In this document: positions 40,336 to 52,136 of the stretch, one piece after another | Layout: each line of letters starts with the position of its first letter | Position numbering within the stretch: position 1 is the stretch's first letter | Assembly: GCA_964016885.1 (NCBI GenBank) | Contig: OZ024760.1 | Coordinates: 29,574,001 to 29,638,000 of the forward strand | DNA from: Eledone cirrhosa | Taxonomy: Eukaryota | DNA length: 64,000 nt | Direction of reading: 5' to 3' | The notes under the pieces: generated by a model | What the model was told of the DNA's origin: nothing | Databases searched by the model: none | What the model saw: the letters and a program-made list of their open reading frames with translations, nothing else | Position numbers and translations under genes: made by a program

Positions 40336-40511
40336 TACACTCACACACATGCACACACATATATATACATACACACATACATATGCACATACACAAACAC
40401 ACATAAACACACACATGTGTAACCCATGCTAGCGTGGAAGAGCGGACGTAAAACGGTGATGATGATGATGTATATATAAAGATGTAAAACAGAATATTAT
40501 GTAGATGTTAC

Positions 40512-40700
40512 CTCGGCTTTCATTTCACAATGAGATGACATCAATTTGGGAGCTGTCTTTGGTCGTAGAGGAGGTGTGACCTTGTCCCTTGCAAGGGGAA
40601 GGGTCATTAAGTAGGGTGACTTCAACTGTCTTTTCCAGGGTCCATTGAGTGGGGCCAACTTCAGACCAAACTGCCTTAAATTGTTCACATCTAAGTAGAA
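40512..40700 (-). CDS. ERICH3: ERICH3-like exon
   Basis: gtttcag|TTCTAC..GAG|gtaaca; 189 nt, phase 0-0; ..KSPYLMTLP..PPLRPKTAP. Confidence 0.7.
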
Positions 40701-40744
40701 CTGAAACAACAACATCAACATCATCGTCTCTGCTTCAATCAGAT

Positions 40745-42830
40745 GTGGAGGGAGGGGGGGGGGGCTTCAACAGGGTCGCTAGAAATAGCAGCCAAATCTC
40801 CCTTAATGTGTGGGGGGGGTCTTCAACAGGGTCGCTAGAAATAGCAAGCAAATGTCCCTTAAAGTTGGGGGGGGCTTCAACAGGGTCGCTAGAAATAGCA
40901 GGCAAATCTCCCTTAATGTTGGGGGGGGGGGGCTTCAACAGAGTCGCTAGAAATAGCAGCGGAATCTCCCTTAATGTTGGGGGGGGGGGGGGGGGCTTCA
41001 ACAGAGTCGCTAGAAATAGCAGCGGAATCTCCCTTAATGTTGGGGGGGGGGGGGGCTTCAACAGAGTCGCTAGAAATAGCAGCTAAATCTCCCTTAAAGT
41101 TGGGGGGGGGCTTCAAACAGGGTCGCTAGAAATAGCAGCCAAATCTCCCTTAATGTGTGTGTGTGTGGGGGGGGGGGGGCTTCAACAGGGTCGCTAGAAA
41201 TAGCAAGCAAATCTCCCTTAAAGTTGGGGGGGGGGGGCTTCAACAGGGTCGCTAGAAATAGCAGCCAAATCTCCCTTAATGTTGGGGTGGGGGCTTCAAC
41301 AGGGTCGCTAGAAATAGCAGCCGAATCTCCCTTAATGTTGGGGGGGGGGGCTTCAACAGAGTCGCTAGAAATAGCAGCCAAATCTCCCTTAAAGTTGGGG
41401 GGGCTTCAACAGGGTCGCTAGAAATAGCAACCAAATCTCCCTTAATGTGTGTGTGGGGGGGGGGCTTCAACAGGGTCGCTAGAAATAGCAGCCAAATCTC
41501 CCTTAACGTTGTGGGGGGGGGGCTTCAACAGGGTCGCTAGAAATAGCAGCCAAATCTCCCTTAATGTTGGGGGGGGGGGGGCTTCAACAGGGTCGCTAGA
41601 AATAGCAACCAAATCTCCCTTAATGTTGGGGGGGGGGGGCTTCAACAGGGTCGCTAGAAATAGCAACCAAATCTCCCTTAACGTTGGGGGGGGGGGGGGG
41701 GGGGGTGCTTCAACAGGGTCGCTAGAAATAGCAGCCAAATCTCCCTTAAAGTGTGGGGGCGGCTTCAACAGGGTCTCTAGAAATAGCAGCCAAATCTCCC
41801 TTAATGTGGGGGGGGGGGCTTCAACAGGGTCTCTAGAAATAGCAGCCAAATCTCCCTTAATGTGGGGGGGGGGACTTCAACAGGGTCGCTAGAAATAGCA
41901 GCCAAATCTCCCTTAATGTGGGGGGGGCTTCAACAGGGTCGCTAGAAATAGCAGCCAAATCTCCCTTAATGTGGGGGGGGGCTTCTACAGGGTCGCTAGA
42001 AATAGCAACCAAATCTCCCTTAACGTTGGGGGGGGGGGGGGGGGGGGTGCTTCAACAGGGTCGCTAGAAATAGCAGCCAAATCTCCCTTAAAGTGTGGGG
42101 GCGGCTTCAACAGGGTCGCTAGAAATAGCAACCAAATCTTCCTTAATGTTGGGAGCGGGGGGCTTCAACAGGGTCGCTAGAAATAGCAACCAAATCTTCC
42201 TTAATGTTGGGGGGTGGGGGCTTCAACAGGGTCGCTAGAAATAGCAGCCAAATCTCCCTTAATGTTAGGGGGGGGGGGGCTTCAACAGGGTCGCTAGAAA
42301 TAGCAACCAAATCTTCCTTAATGTTGGGGGAGGGGGGGCTTCAACAGGGTCGCTAGAAATAGCAACCAAATCTTCCTTAATGTTGGGGGGGACTTCAACA
42401 GGGTCGCTAGAAATAGCAACCAAATCTCCCTTAATGTTGGGGGGGGGGGGGGGGGCTTCAACAGGGTCGCTAGAAATAGCAACCAATTCTTCCTTAATGT
42501 TGGGGGGGGGGGGTCAACAGGGTCGATAGAAATAGCAACCAAATCTTCCTTAATGTGGAGAGGCTTCAACAGGGTCGCTAGAAATAGCAACCAAATCTCC
42601 CTTAATGTTGGGGGATGGGGGCTTCAACAGGGTCGCTAGAAATAGCAACCAAATCTTCCTTAATGTTGGGGGGGGGGGCTTCAACAGGGTCGCTAGAAAT
42701 AGCAGCCAAATCTTCCTTAATGTTGGGGGGGGGGGCTTCAACAGGGTCGCTAGAAATAGCAACCAAATCTTCCTTAATGTTGGGGAGGGGGCTTCAACAG
42801 GGTCGCTAGAAATAGCAACCAAATCTCCCT
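40745..42830. repeat. 55-65-bp minisatellite with a variable poly-G tract
   Basis: Unit cttcaacagggtcgctagaaatagcagccaaatctcccttaatgtt(g)n. Confidence 0.95.
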
Positions 42831-42949
42831 CAAAAGTAATCCTTCCGTCCTTATTAACAATAAAAGGGAAGGAAGGACACATTAAATAAAACAAGATTGT
42901 CACAGGAGGGTCATGGTTGGAATAACTTTGTTAATATATTCACATGTGA

Positions 42950-43345
42950 CCTTGGTGATGATGATGGTGCTGACAGTGGTGATGATGGTGGTGATGATGA
43001 TGGTGGTGGTGATGATGGTGGTAGTGATAGTGGTGATGATGGTGGTAGTGATAGTGGTGATGATGGTGGTGGTGGTGGTAATGATGGTGGTGGTGATGAT
43101 GGTGATGGTGATGATGGCGGTGGTGATGGTGGTGATGATGGTGGTGACGGTGGTGATGATGATGGTGGTGGTGGTGGTGATGATGGTGGTGATGATGATG
43201 ATGGTGGTGGTGGTGATGATGGTGGTGGTGGAGGTGATGATGATGGTGGTGATGATGATGGTGATGATGGTGTTGATGGTGGTGTTGATCATGGTGATGG
43301 TGATGATGGTGGTGGTAGTGATGAAGATGGTGGTGATGATGATGG
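42950..43345. repeat. (GAT/GGT)n repeat
   Basis: Direct inspection. Confidence 0.95.
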
Positions 43346-43383
43346 CTTCCTATTCCAACCTCCACCCCCTCCCACAGACTTAC

Positions 43384-43512
43384 CGGAATATACTCGTCTC
43401 TTTCAGTGAAGGAATTCTGGGACTGTGTCCTGGAATGATCCCTGGAAATGGTGGAACATTCCGACAACTTGCTGCTGGTGGGCCTGCTTCCTGACCCCAG
43501 GGTGGAGAAACT
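43384..43512 (-). CDS. ERICH3: ERICH3-like exon (Ser-rich)
   Basis: ggacag|AGTTTC..CCG|gtaagt; 129 nt, phase 0-0. Confidence 0.7.
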
Positions 43513-43544
43513 CTGTCCAAGATATTGAAGGGAGAAATATACAG

Positions 43545-44605
43545 ACAACAACAATTACAGATGTAACAACAGCAGTAGTAGTAACAACAACAACTACAGA
43601 TGTAACAACAGCAGTAGTAGTAACAACAACAATTACAGATGTAACAACAGCAGTAGTAGTAACAACAACAACTACAGATGTAACAACAGCAGTAGTAGTA
43701 ACAACAACAATTACAGATGTAACAACAGCAGTAGTAGTAACAACAACAACTACAGATGTAACAACAGCAGCAGTAGTAGTAACAACAACAACTACATATG
43801 TAACAACAACAGTAGTAGTAGTAACAACAATTACAGATGTAACAACAGCAGTAGTAGTAGTAACAACAACAACAACTACATATGTAACAACAACAGCAGT
43901 AGTAGTAACAACAACAACAGTAGTAGTAACAACAACAACTACAGATGTAACAACAGCAGCAGTAGTAGTAACAACAACAACTACAGATGTAACAACAACA
44001 GTAGTAGTAACAACAACAATTACAGATGTAACAACAGCAGTAGTAGTAGTAACAACAACAACAACTACATATGTAACAACAACAGTAGTAACAACAACTA
44101 CAGATGTAACAACAGCAGCAGTAGTAGTAACAACAACAACTACAGATGTAACAACAGCAGTAGTAGTAGTAACAACAACAACAGTAGTAGTAACAACAAC
44201 AGCAGTAGTAGTAACAACAACAGTAGTAGTAACAACAACAACTACAGATGTAACAACAGCAGCAGTAGTAGTAACAACAACAACAGTAGTAGTAACAACA
44301 ACAACTACAGATGTAACAACAGCAGCAGTAGTAGTAACAACAACAACAGTAGTAGTAACAACAACAACTACAGATGTAACAACAGCAGCAGTAGTAGTAA
44401 CAACAACAGCAGCAACAACAACTACAACAATTGCAGCAACAACTACAACTACAGCAGTAGCAATAACAACAATAACAACTACAACTACAGCAGTAGCAAT
44501 AACAACAATAACAACAGCAGCAACAATAGCAACCACCACAACAACTACAGCTGTAACAACAACATCAGTAGTAGCTGTAACAACAACAACAATAACCATG
44601 ACAAC
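43545..44605. repeat. (ACA)/(GTA) compound repeat
   Basis: Direct inspection. Confidence 0.95.
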
Positions 44606-44961
44606 AATGGTTTCTAATTGTGACTCAAGGCCAGCAAGGGATGGGGAAAGTCAATTAAATGCACCAGGGAGGTTGTCATGTCCTTGATACAACTGAAGGG
44701 TCCTCCCAACTCTTGTTTGGCGAGCTTTCTATGGTTGGAGACCCTACCTATCCCCAACCACTTTACAGAGTGTACTGGGTGCTTTTATTGTGTAGATCAC
44801 CAACACTGCAGAAGTTGTCATGTCTTTGACATGACAGAAAGGTCCCCCTGACCATTTGTTTGGCAATGTCTCTATGGCTGGATGCCCTTCCTATCACCAA
44901 ACACCATGACAGTAACAATATCATAAGGTAAGCCTAAGCCCTCTTTATGTACAAAACTTAC

Positions 44962-45129
44962 CGTATCTGAGTTATGAATTACTTTCTGACTGTATGATGT
45001 CTGTGGTCGTGAACTGGTCCGAGGTAAGTGTCGTATGCCATTTGTCACAGACTTTGCACGTCTCATCAGAGACTCACGGCCCGTGGCGGAGGAGAGAAAC
45101 GCATGACTTCTGGTGGCACAACGCTCTGA
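44962..45129 (-). CDS. ERICH3: ERICH3-like exon
   Basis: tttttgcag|TCAGAG..ACG|gtaagt; 168 nt, phase 0-0. Confidence 0.75.
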
Positions 45130-45731
45130 CTGCAAAAAAAGAAAACCACAATGTCATTTTAACCCTTTTGATTCTCTAAAATCTGTCTCAACCCTTTCAG
45201 GCTCATTGGCTCAGTATTCATCCCAGTTTCCTTGGCATTAACTGACTGAGAGTACAAGACTTCCCCTGGACAGAATGCCAGTCCATCACAGGGTTAAACT
45301 CCCAGGTACTGCTGGTATAATGTCAATTTAACCTTTTTGGGTCCCTAGAGTCTGTCTCAAGCCTGGGAGGGCCATCGGGATGGGGTTTGTCTTGTTTTGT
45401 TTTTGTGGTGTTGAGTGACTGTGAGTAGACTGTGAGCTTATCCCGGTTTCATGGCGTGAAGTGACTGAGAGTACAAGACTCCCTCCTGGATAGGACGTTA
45501 GTCCATCATAGGGTTAAGCCCCCAGCTATACTGGAGCAACATGAAATGAAGTGTTCTGCTTCAGAACACAACCCATGACATTATGATTGTAAGTTCAACA
45601 CCTTTACCACCAGGCCACATATCTCCACAATGGATTAAAATATATTAAAATAGATTATAATAGATTAAAATAATTATAATAGATTATAATATATTATAAT
45701 ATATTATAATATATTAAAATGGAACTCTTAC

Positions 45732-45929
45732 CCTCATTTTTCGAACCAGTTCCAGTTTAGATATTTCCTCCAATTTCTGGTTGATTTCATTTTCCCTCTT
45801 CAGTTGCAAATCAACAGATTTATGTACAATAGCCTGGGCTAATGCTTCTTTCACTTGCTCTCGTTGTTCCGCACGACTGATGTTAGCACGGTACGTTGGC
45901 TCCGGAATGATTTCACCTCTTTTATTGAT
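45732..45929 (-). CDS. ERICH3: ERICH3-like N-terminal exon
   Basis: catag|ATCAAT..AGG|gtaaga; INKRGEII..LAQAIVHKSVDLQ..EINQKLE resembles ERICH3 (LAQAIFHKVLDME). Confidence 0.88.
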
Positions 45930-46874
45930 CTATGTGGTAAGTAAGAGGTGGGGGGTAAGAATGGAAGACTGGATAAATCTCTCTGTCTTTCTTTCTCTCT
46001 TGATCGATCGATCTATCAATCTCTCTCTCCATATATATATATATATATATCATCATCATCACCCTTTTACGTCCATTCTTCCATGCTAGCATGGGTTAGA
46101 CAAGCTGTCCTGTTGTGGGCAATTTCAGGTCAGGTGACAGTATCTTACTCACACAGAACTGATTTTGGCTTGGTTTCTATAGCTGGATATATATATAGTT
46201 GAAAGGACTCGGCTGCTATTTCTAGCTGTCGATAATCCTATTCACGCCACTGGGATGACGCTGGTACGATGTGTGTATTTTTAAGAAAATGCAACACATG
46301 CTACGAGTCATTCACAGATTTGCATTGGATGTGTAAACACAGATAGTTAAACCTTCTCCCTTGTTGAAAATCCAGGATTTGACTACTGTGAATTACGGAT
46401 TAATGGTGAAATATATTTCTTTAATGAAATATATACAAGGAAGATTAATCATTTTAAAAGGTATCTATATTTGAAGTTCTAGTTAAACTTTAATTAGTTA
46501 CCTACCTAGCTGTGTGTGCTTACACACTTTACAAATTATCCCCTGTGATTGTTTCATGTCTTTATTTTAGATATATATGTCAATCAATTTCTAGTTGATA
46601 TATATATATATATATATTTATTAAAATAACAGATTAAAGTTTTATAATAAAGTTTAATAAATATTTGCTCTACGGTTCTTATATATTTGATATATATTTT
46701 TCCTTATCGAGCCCTCTTTGGATTTTAGTCTTCAATTTTATTATTATTACTATATATATATATATATATATAGGAAAAGAGTCAGGACCCCGACCTGGTT
46801 CCTTGCCACACTTTCTTTGTTATATATATAATAAATGGAGAGAGAATAAACAAGTTTACTTAAAACATTATTTT

Positions 46875-46962
46875 AATCCTACATGTTTCAAAGTATAACG
46901 GTGCACCATACCATGATATATGCGACATATCTTTCCATTGGTCTACATATCCTCAAGAAGTT
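46875..46962 (-). ncRNA. Degenerate hammerhead candidate
   Basis: UUC-UUGAGGA-..-GAAACAUGUA^GGA; weak stems I and II. Confidence 0.3.
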
Positions 46963-47749
46963 GATATAATAACAATAATAATAATATATGAGATTATAGT
47001 GTAGTACTTCACTATATTCATTGGTAAGACGAGGTAAGCTCAATGTACTTCATCGTTCTTAGTTCTTCAGGAGTAAAAAGAAACTGGATGAATTAAGGGC
47101 AGTTCAGCTAGCAGAGCGGTTAAAATTGAAATTTTAAGAAAGCCAACGATAGGATATCCTATTCTTGGCTCCCTTAATATTTGAATATATATATATATAT
47201 ATATATATATCCCAATGTACACTGGAATGAATGGTATCAACCTTAATGGTCTGAAATTGTAGTGATTTCCAGGGGTTGACTGAGGAGATGGGACTGTCTG
47301 TCTTTCTGTTGTTTTTTCCATTGTCTTTGTCCTGTTTGTCCCCTATTTTAAATATACATATATACATATATATAACACTCACTTGAAGAGGGTTGCTTCT
47401 CTGAAGTTCTTCTGCTGTCCAGCTCTTCTGAGAGTTTCTTACCACTATACTATTCTAAACCTCATACAGTGTCCCTAATCTAAACCCAATATACAGGGTC
47501 CATATTCTAAACCTGACACACAGAGTCACTAATATAAAGTATCCCTATTCTAAACTTAATATATAGTGACCTGAATCTAACCTGACACAGAGTGTCCCTA
47601 ATCTAAAGCTGACACACAGCATCCTTAACCTAAACCTAATATACAAAGTCCCTAATCTTAATCTGACACACAAGGACCCTAACCTAAACTCGACACAGAG
47701 TATCCCTAACCCTAAACCTAAAATAAAGTGTGCAATTCAAAGTACTTAC

Positions 47750-47840
47750 CAATCCAATTTTCTTTAAATGTCTGCGAAGATATCTGTTGCTAAAATATGC
47801 ATCAAGGTTGTTGTCTGTCAAGCTGTTGTACTCACTGATT
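47750..47840 (-). CDS. ERICH3: ERICH3-like most 5' recognisable coding exon
   Basis: ctttacag|AATC..TTG|gtaagt; YNSLTDNNLDAYFSNRYLRRHLKKIGL versus ERICH3 YNSLMDKHLAGYF..RRHL..GL. Confidence 0.9.
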
Positions 47841-47868
47841 CTGTAAAGAATGTCATTTATAAGAGAGA

Positions 47869-49565
47869 CATTTGTAACATGGTCGAGGTTGGTGTCTCTC
47901 AGACTGCTCTACTAATTCTGTAAAGGATCTCATTTACATTTGTAACATGGTCGAGGTTGGTGTCTCTCAGACTGCTCTACTAATTCTGTAAAGGATCTCA
48001 TTTACATTTGTAACATGGTCGAGGTTGGTGTCTCTCAGACTGGTCTACAAATTCTGTAAAGGATCTCATTTACATTTGTAACATGGTCGAGGTTGGTGTC
48101 TCTCAGACTGCTCTACTAATTCTGTAAAGGATCTCATTTACATTTGTAACATGGTCGAGGTTGGTGTCTCTCAGACTGGTCTACAAATTCTGTAAAGGAT
48201 CTCATTTACATTTGTAACATGGTCGAGGTTGGTGTCTCTCAGACTGCTCTACTAATTCTGTAAAGGATCTCATTTACATTTGTAACATGGTCGAGGTTGG
48301 TGTCTCTCAGACTGCTCTACTAATTCTGTAAAGGATCTCATTTACATTTGTAACATGGTCGATGTTGGTGTCTCTCAGACTGGTCTACTAATTCTGGAAA
48401 GGATCTCATTTACATTTGTAACATGGTCGATGTTGGTGTCTCTCAGACTGGTCTACTAATTCTGTAAAGGATCTCATTTACATTTGTAGCATGGTCGATG
48501 TTGGTGTCTCTCAGACTGCTCTACTAATTCTGGAAAGGATCTCATTTACATTTGTAACATGGTCGATGTTGGTGTCTCTCAGACTGGTCTACTAATTCTG
48601 TAAAGGATCTCATTTACATTTGTAGCATGGTCGATGTTGGTGTCTCTCAGACTGCTCTACTAATTCTGGAAAGGATCTCATTTACATTTGTAACATGGTC
48701 GAGGTTGGTGTCTCTCAGACTGCTCTACTAATTCTGTAAAGGATCTCATTTACATTTGTAACATGGTCGAGGTTGGTGTCTCTCAGACTGCTCTACTAAT
48801 TCTGTAAAGGATCTCATTTACATTTGTAACATGGTCGAGGTTGGTGTCTCTCAGACTGGTCTACAAATTCTGTAAAGGATCTCATTTACATTTGTAACAT
48901 GGTCGAGGTTGGTGTCTCTCAGACTGGTCTACTAATTCTGGAAAGGATCTCATTTACATTTGTAACATGGTCGATGTTGGTGTCTCTCAGACTGGTCTAC
49001 TAATTCTGTAAAGGATCTCATTTACATTTGTAGCATGGTCGATGTTGGTGTCTCTCAGACTGCTCTACTAATTCTGGAAAGGATCTCATTTACATTTGTA
49101 ACATGGTCGATGTTGGTGTCTCTCAGACTGGTCTACTAATTCTGGAAAGGATCTCATTTACATTTGTAACATGGTCGATGTTGGTGTCTCTCAGACTGGT
49201 CTACTAATTCTGGAAAGGATCTCATTTACATTTGTAACATGGTCGAGGTTGGTGTCTCTCAGACTGGTCTACTAATTCTGGAAAGGATCTCATTTACATT
49301 TGTAGCATGGTCGATGTTGGTGTCTCTCAGACTGGTCTACTAATTCTGTAAAGGATCTCATTTACATTTGTAACATGGTCGATGTTGGTGTCTCTCAGAC
49401 TGGTCTACTAATTCTGGAAAGGATCTCATTTACATTTGTAGCATGGTCGATGTTGGTGTCTCTCAGACTGGTCTACTAATTCTGTAAAGGATCTCATTTA
49501 CATTTGTAACATGGTCGATGTTGGTGTCTCTCAGACTGCTCTACTAATTCTGGAAAGGATCTCAC
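47869..49565. repeat. 68-bp minisatellite (about 25 units) related to the adjacent exon/intron junction
   Basis: Unit aligns with about 47800-47860. Confidence 0.95.
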
Positions 49566-49629
49566 TTGAAACATAGCAACCCTATCACATTTACTAACAA
49601 CATAACAAACAGCATATCTTGTATACTAA

Positions 49630-50145
49630 GTCACACATACACACACACCACACATCTATATATATATATATATATGTAAATATATTTACACATACACACA
49701 CACCACACATCTATATATATATATATATATGTAAATATATTTACACATACACACACACCACACATCTATATATATATATATATATGTAAATATATTTACA
49801 CATACACACACACCACACATCTATATATATATATATATATGTAAATATATTTACACATACACACACACCACACATATGTATATATGTATATATATGTGTA
49901 AATATATTTACACATACACACACACCACACATCTATATATATATATATGTAAATATATTTACACATACACACACACCACACATCTATATATATATATATA
50001 TGTGTAAATATATTTACACATACACACACACCACACATATGTATATATGTATATATATGTAAATATATTTACACATACACACACACCACACATCTGTATA
50101 TATATATATGTAAATATATTTATACATACACACACACCACACATC

Positions 50146-50150
<5 letters not shown>
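49630..50150. repeat. About 55-bp TA/CA-containing tandem repeat
   Basis: Direct inspection. Confidence 0.9.
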
Positions 50151-50213
<63 letters not shown>

Positions 50214-50322
50214 AATATAACCTATTTAGTGACCTGATTATATAGATTTATATGTAAATATATTTATACACACACATATATATATACATATATCATCATC
50301 ACCATTTTACGTCAAATGTTCC

Positions 50323-50362
<40 letters not shown>

Positions 50363-50646
50363 GTAAAAAATCAGGAGGTTACATCCGTAGAGCGTACTGG
50401 GTGCCCTTATCATGATACCAGCAATAAAGAGGTTGTCCTATCAAAATGCAAAAGAGGAGTCATCTCAATCCTGTTTTGGTCTGGTTGCTATGGCCTGGTT
50501 GCTATAGCTGGAAACATTTCATAACACTAACTAATTAACAGAGAGTACTGGGTGTGTTTTATTATCATGTCAACAGTAAAGTGGTTGACCAAAATGTTAA
50601 AAAGGAAACGATTGAATAATCAGCTCAGATCAATGGAATCAATGCT

Positions 50647-50980
50647 TCCATTGCTGATATGACCTGCCAATCGCACACAACTCCTGGCAGAAGAAAGGAG
50701 CTGATCCTCTGGTTGGACCAAGGAACCGATGTTTCCATGGGTTTTTCCATTGCTGATATGACCTGCCAATCGCACACAACTCCTGGCAGAAGAAAGGAGC
50801 TGATCCTCTGGTTGGACCAAGGAACCGATGTTTCCATGGGTCTTTCCATTGCTGATATGACCTGCCAATCGCACACAACTCCTGGCAGAAGAAAGAAGCT
50901 GATCATCAGGTTGGACCAAGGAACCGATGTTTCCATGGGTCTTTCCATTGCTGATATGACCTGCCAATCGCACACAACTG
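50647..50980. repeat. 99-bp tandem repeat (about 3.4 copies)
   Basis: Unit tccattgctgatatgacctgccaatcgcacacaact..gtttccatggg. Confidence 0.95.
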
Positions 50981-51520
50981 CTGGAGAGAAGGAAGCAGGA
51001 TTTGGACACAGAATACACAAAAAGAAAGCCAGAATCAGACATCACAAAGCACTCCCACCCCTGTTCAAACTGTTTAACAATCTCGACAATCCATGCGACA
51101 CCACACCTCGGACTTATACTTTATTGACTAGAAAAAGGATGAAGAGAAAAGTTGATGCTGGAGGGATTTGAACTCACAGGCCACTGACCTGGATCAAAGC
51201 ACTCTAACAACTCTGCCAATTTGTTATCATTAATAATTAGACCAACAAACCAATCACATCTAACAACAGATCACTTTCATGATCAATACTTACTGGGAGG
51301 GGGGGGGGGCTGTTTTTTCCCTTTTTTTATTTAATATTTTTTCTTTGTTTCTGAATAAATAAATAAATAAATAAATAAATAAACAAAAACGTGGAAAAAA
51401 CTAAATAAATAAAAAAGTTTAAAAAAATCACCTTTTAAAAATTAATTAGGATTGATTGATTGTGAAAGTAAATTATTGTTAGATGTGGGAACATGTTAGA
51501 ACCTGTGTTGTCAGACCATC

Positions 51521-52022
51521 ACAGGTAAACACAGGTAAATAGAGGTACACACAGGTAAATAGAGGTACACACAGGTAAATAGAGGTAAACACAGGTAAAT
51601 AGAGGTACACACAAGTAAATAGAGGTAAACACAGGTAAATAGAGGTAAATAGAGGTAAACACAGGTAAATAGAGGTAAACACAGGTAAATAGAGGTAAAT
51701 AGAGGTAAACACAGGTAAATAGAGGTAAACACAGGTAAATAGAGGTACACACAAGTAAATAGAGGTAAACACAGGTAAATAGAGGTAAATAGAGGTAAAC
51801 ACAGGTAAATAGAGGTAAACACAGGTAAACACAGGTAAATAGAGGTATACACAAATAAATAGAGGTACACACAGGTAAATAGAGGTAAGCAGACAGGTAA
51901 ACACAGGTAAATAGAGGTAAACATAGGTAAATACAGGTAAACATAGGTAAATAGAGGTAAACACAGATACACACACAGGTAAACACAGGTAAATAGAGGT
52001 AAACACAGGTAAACAGGTAAAC
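51521..52022. repeat. 10-bp two-variant minisatellite
   Basis: aggtaaacac / aggtaaatag. Confidence 0.95.
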
Positions 52023-52136
52023 ATTATCATTGAAACATTCATTATAAATTTATCAGTCACAATTAACATCATTATCATCATTGTCAACATCATCATCCCT
52101 GCCATCATCACCACCACCCTGTAAGCTAGTCACATT

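Noticed and set aside
40745-42830. CRISPR-like repeat/spacer appearance
   Set aside because: The spacers are only G runs, the context is eukaryotic and there are no cas genes
45045-45075. CTGATGA-GAC..GTC on the minus strand
   Set aside because: No GAAA follows, and it lies within a coding exon
47240-47430. Exon-like segments with AG/GT signals in an ERICH3 intron
   Set aside because: The flanking exons join directly by homology (..GL|I..), the implied intron is only about 40 nt and the peptide is unrecognised
47450-47722. CCTAA-rich telomere-like stretch
   Set aside because: Degenerate ~30-bp repeat, not a (TTAGGG)n array
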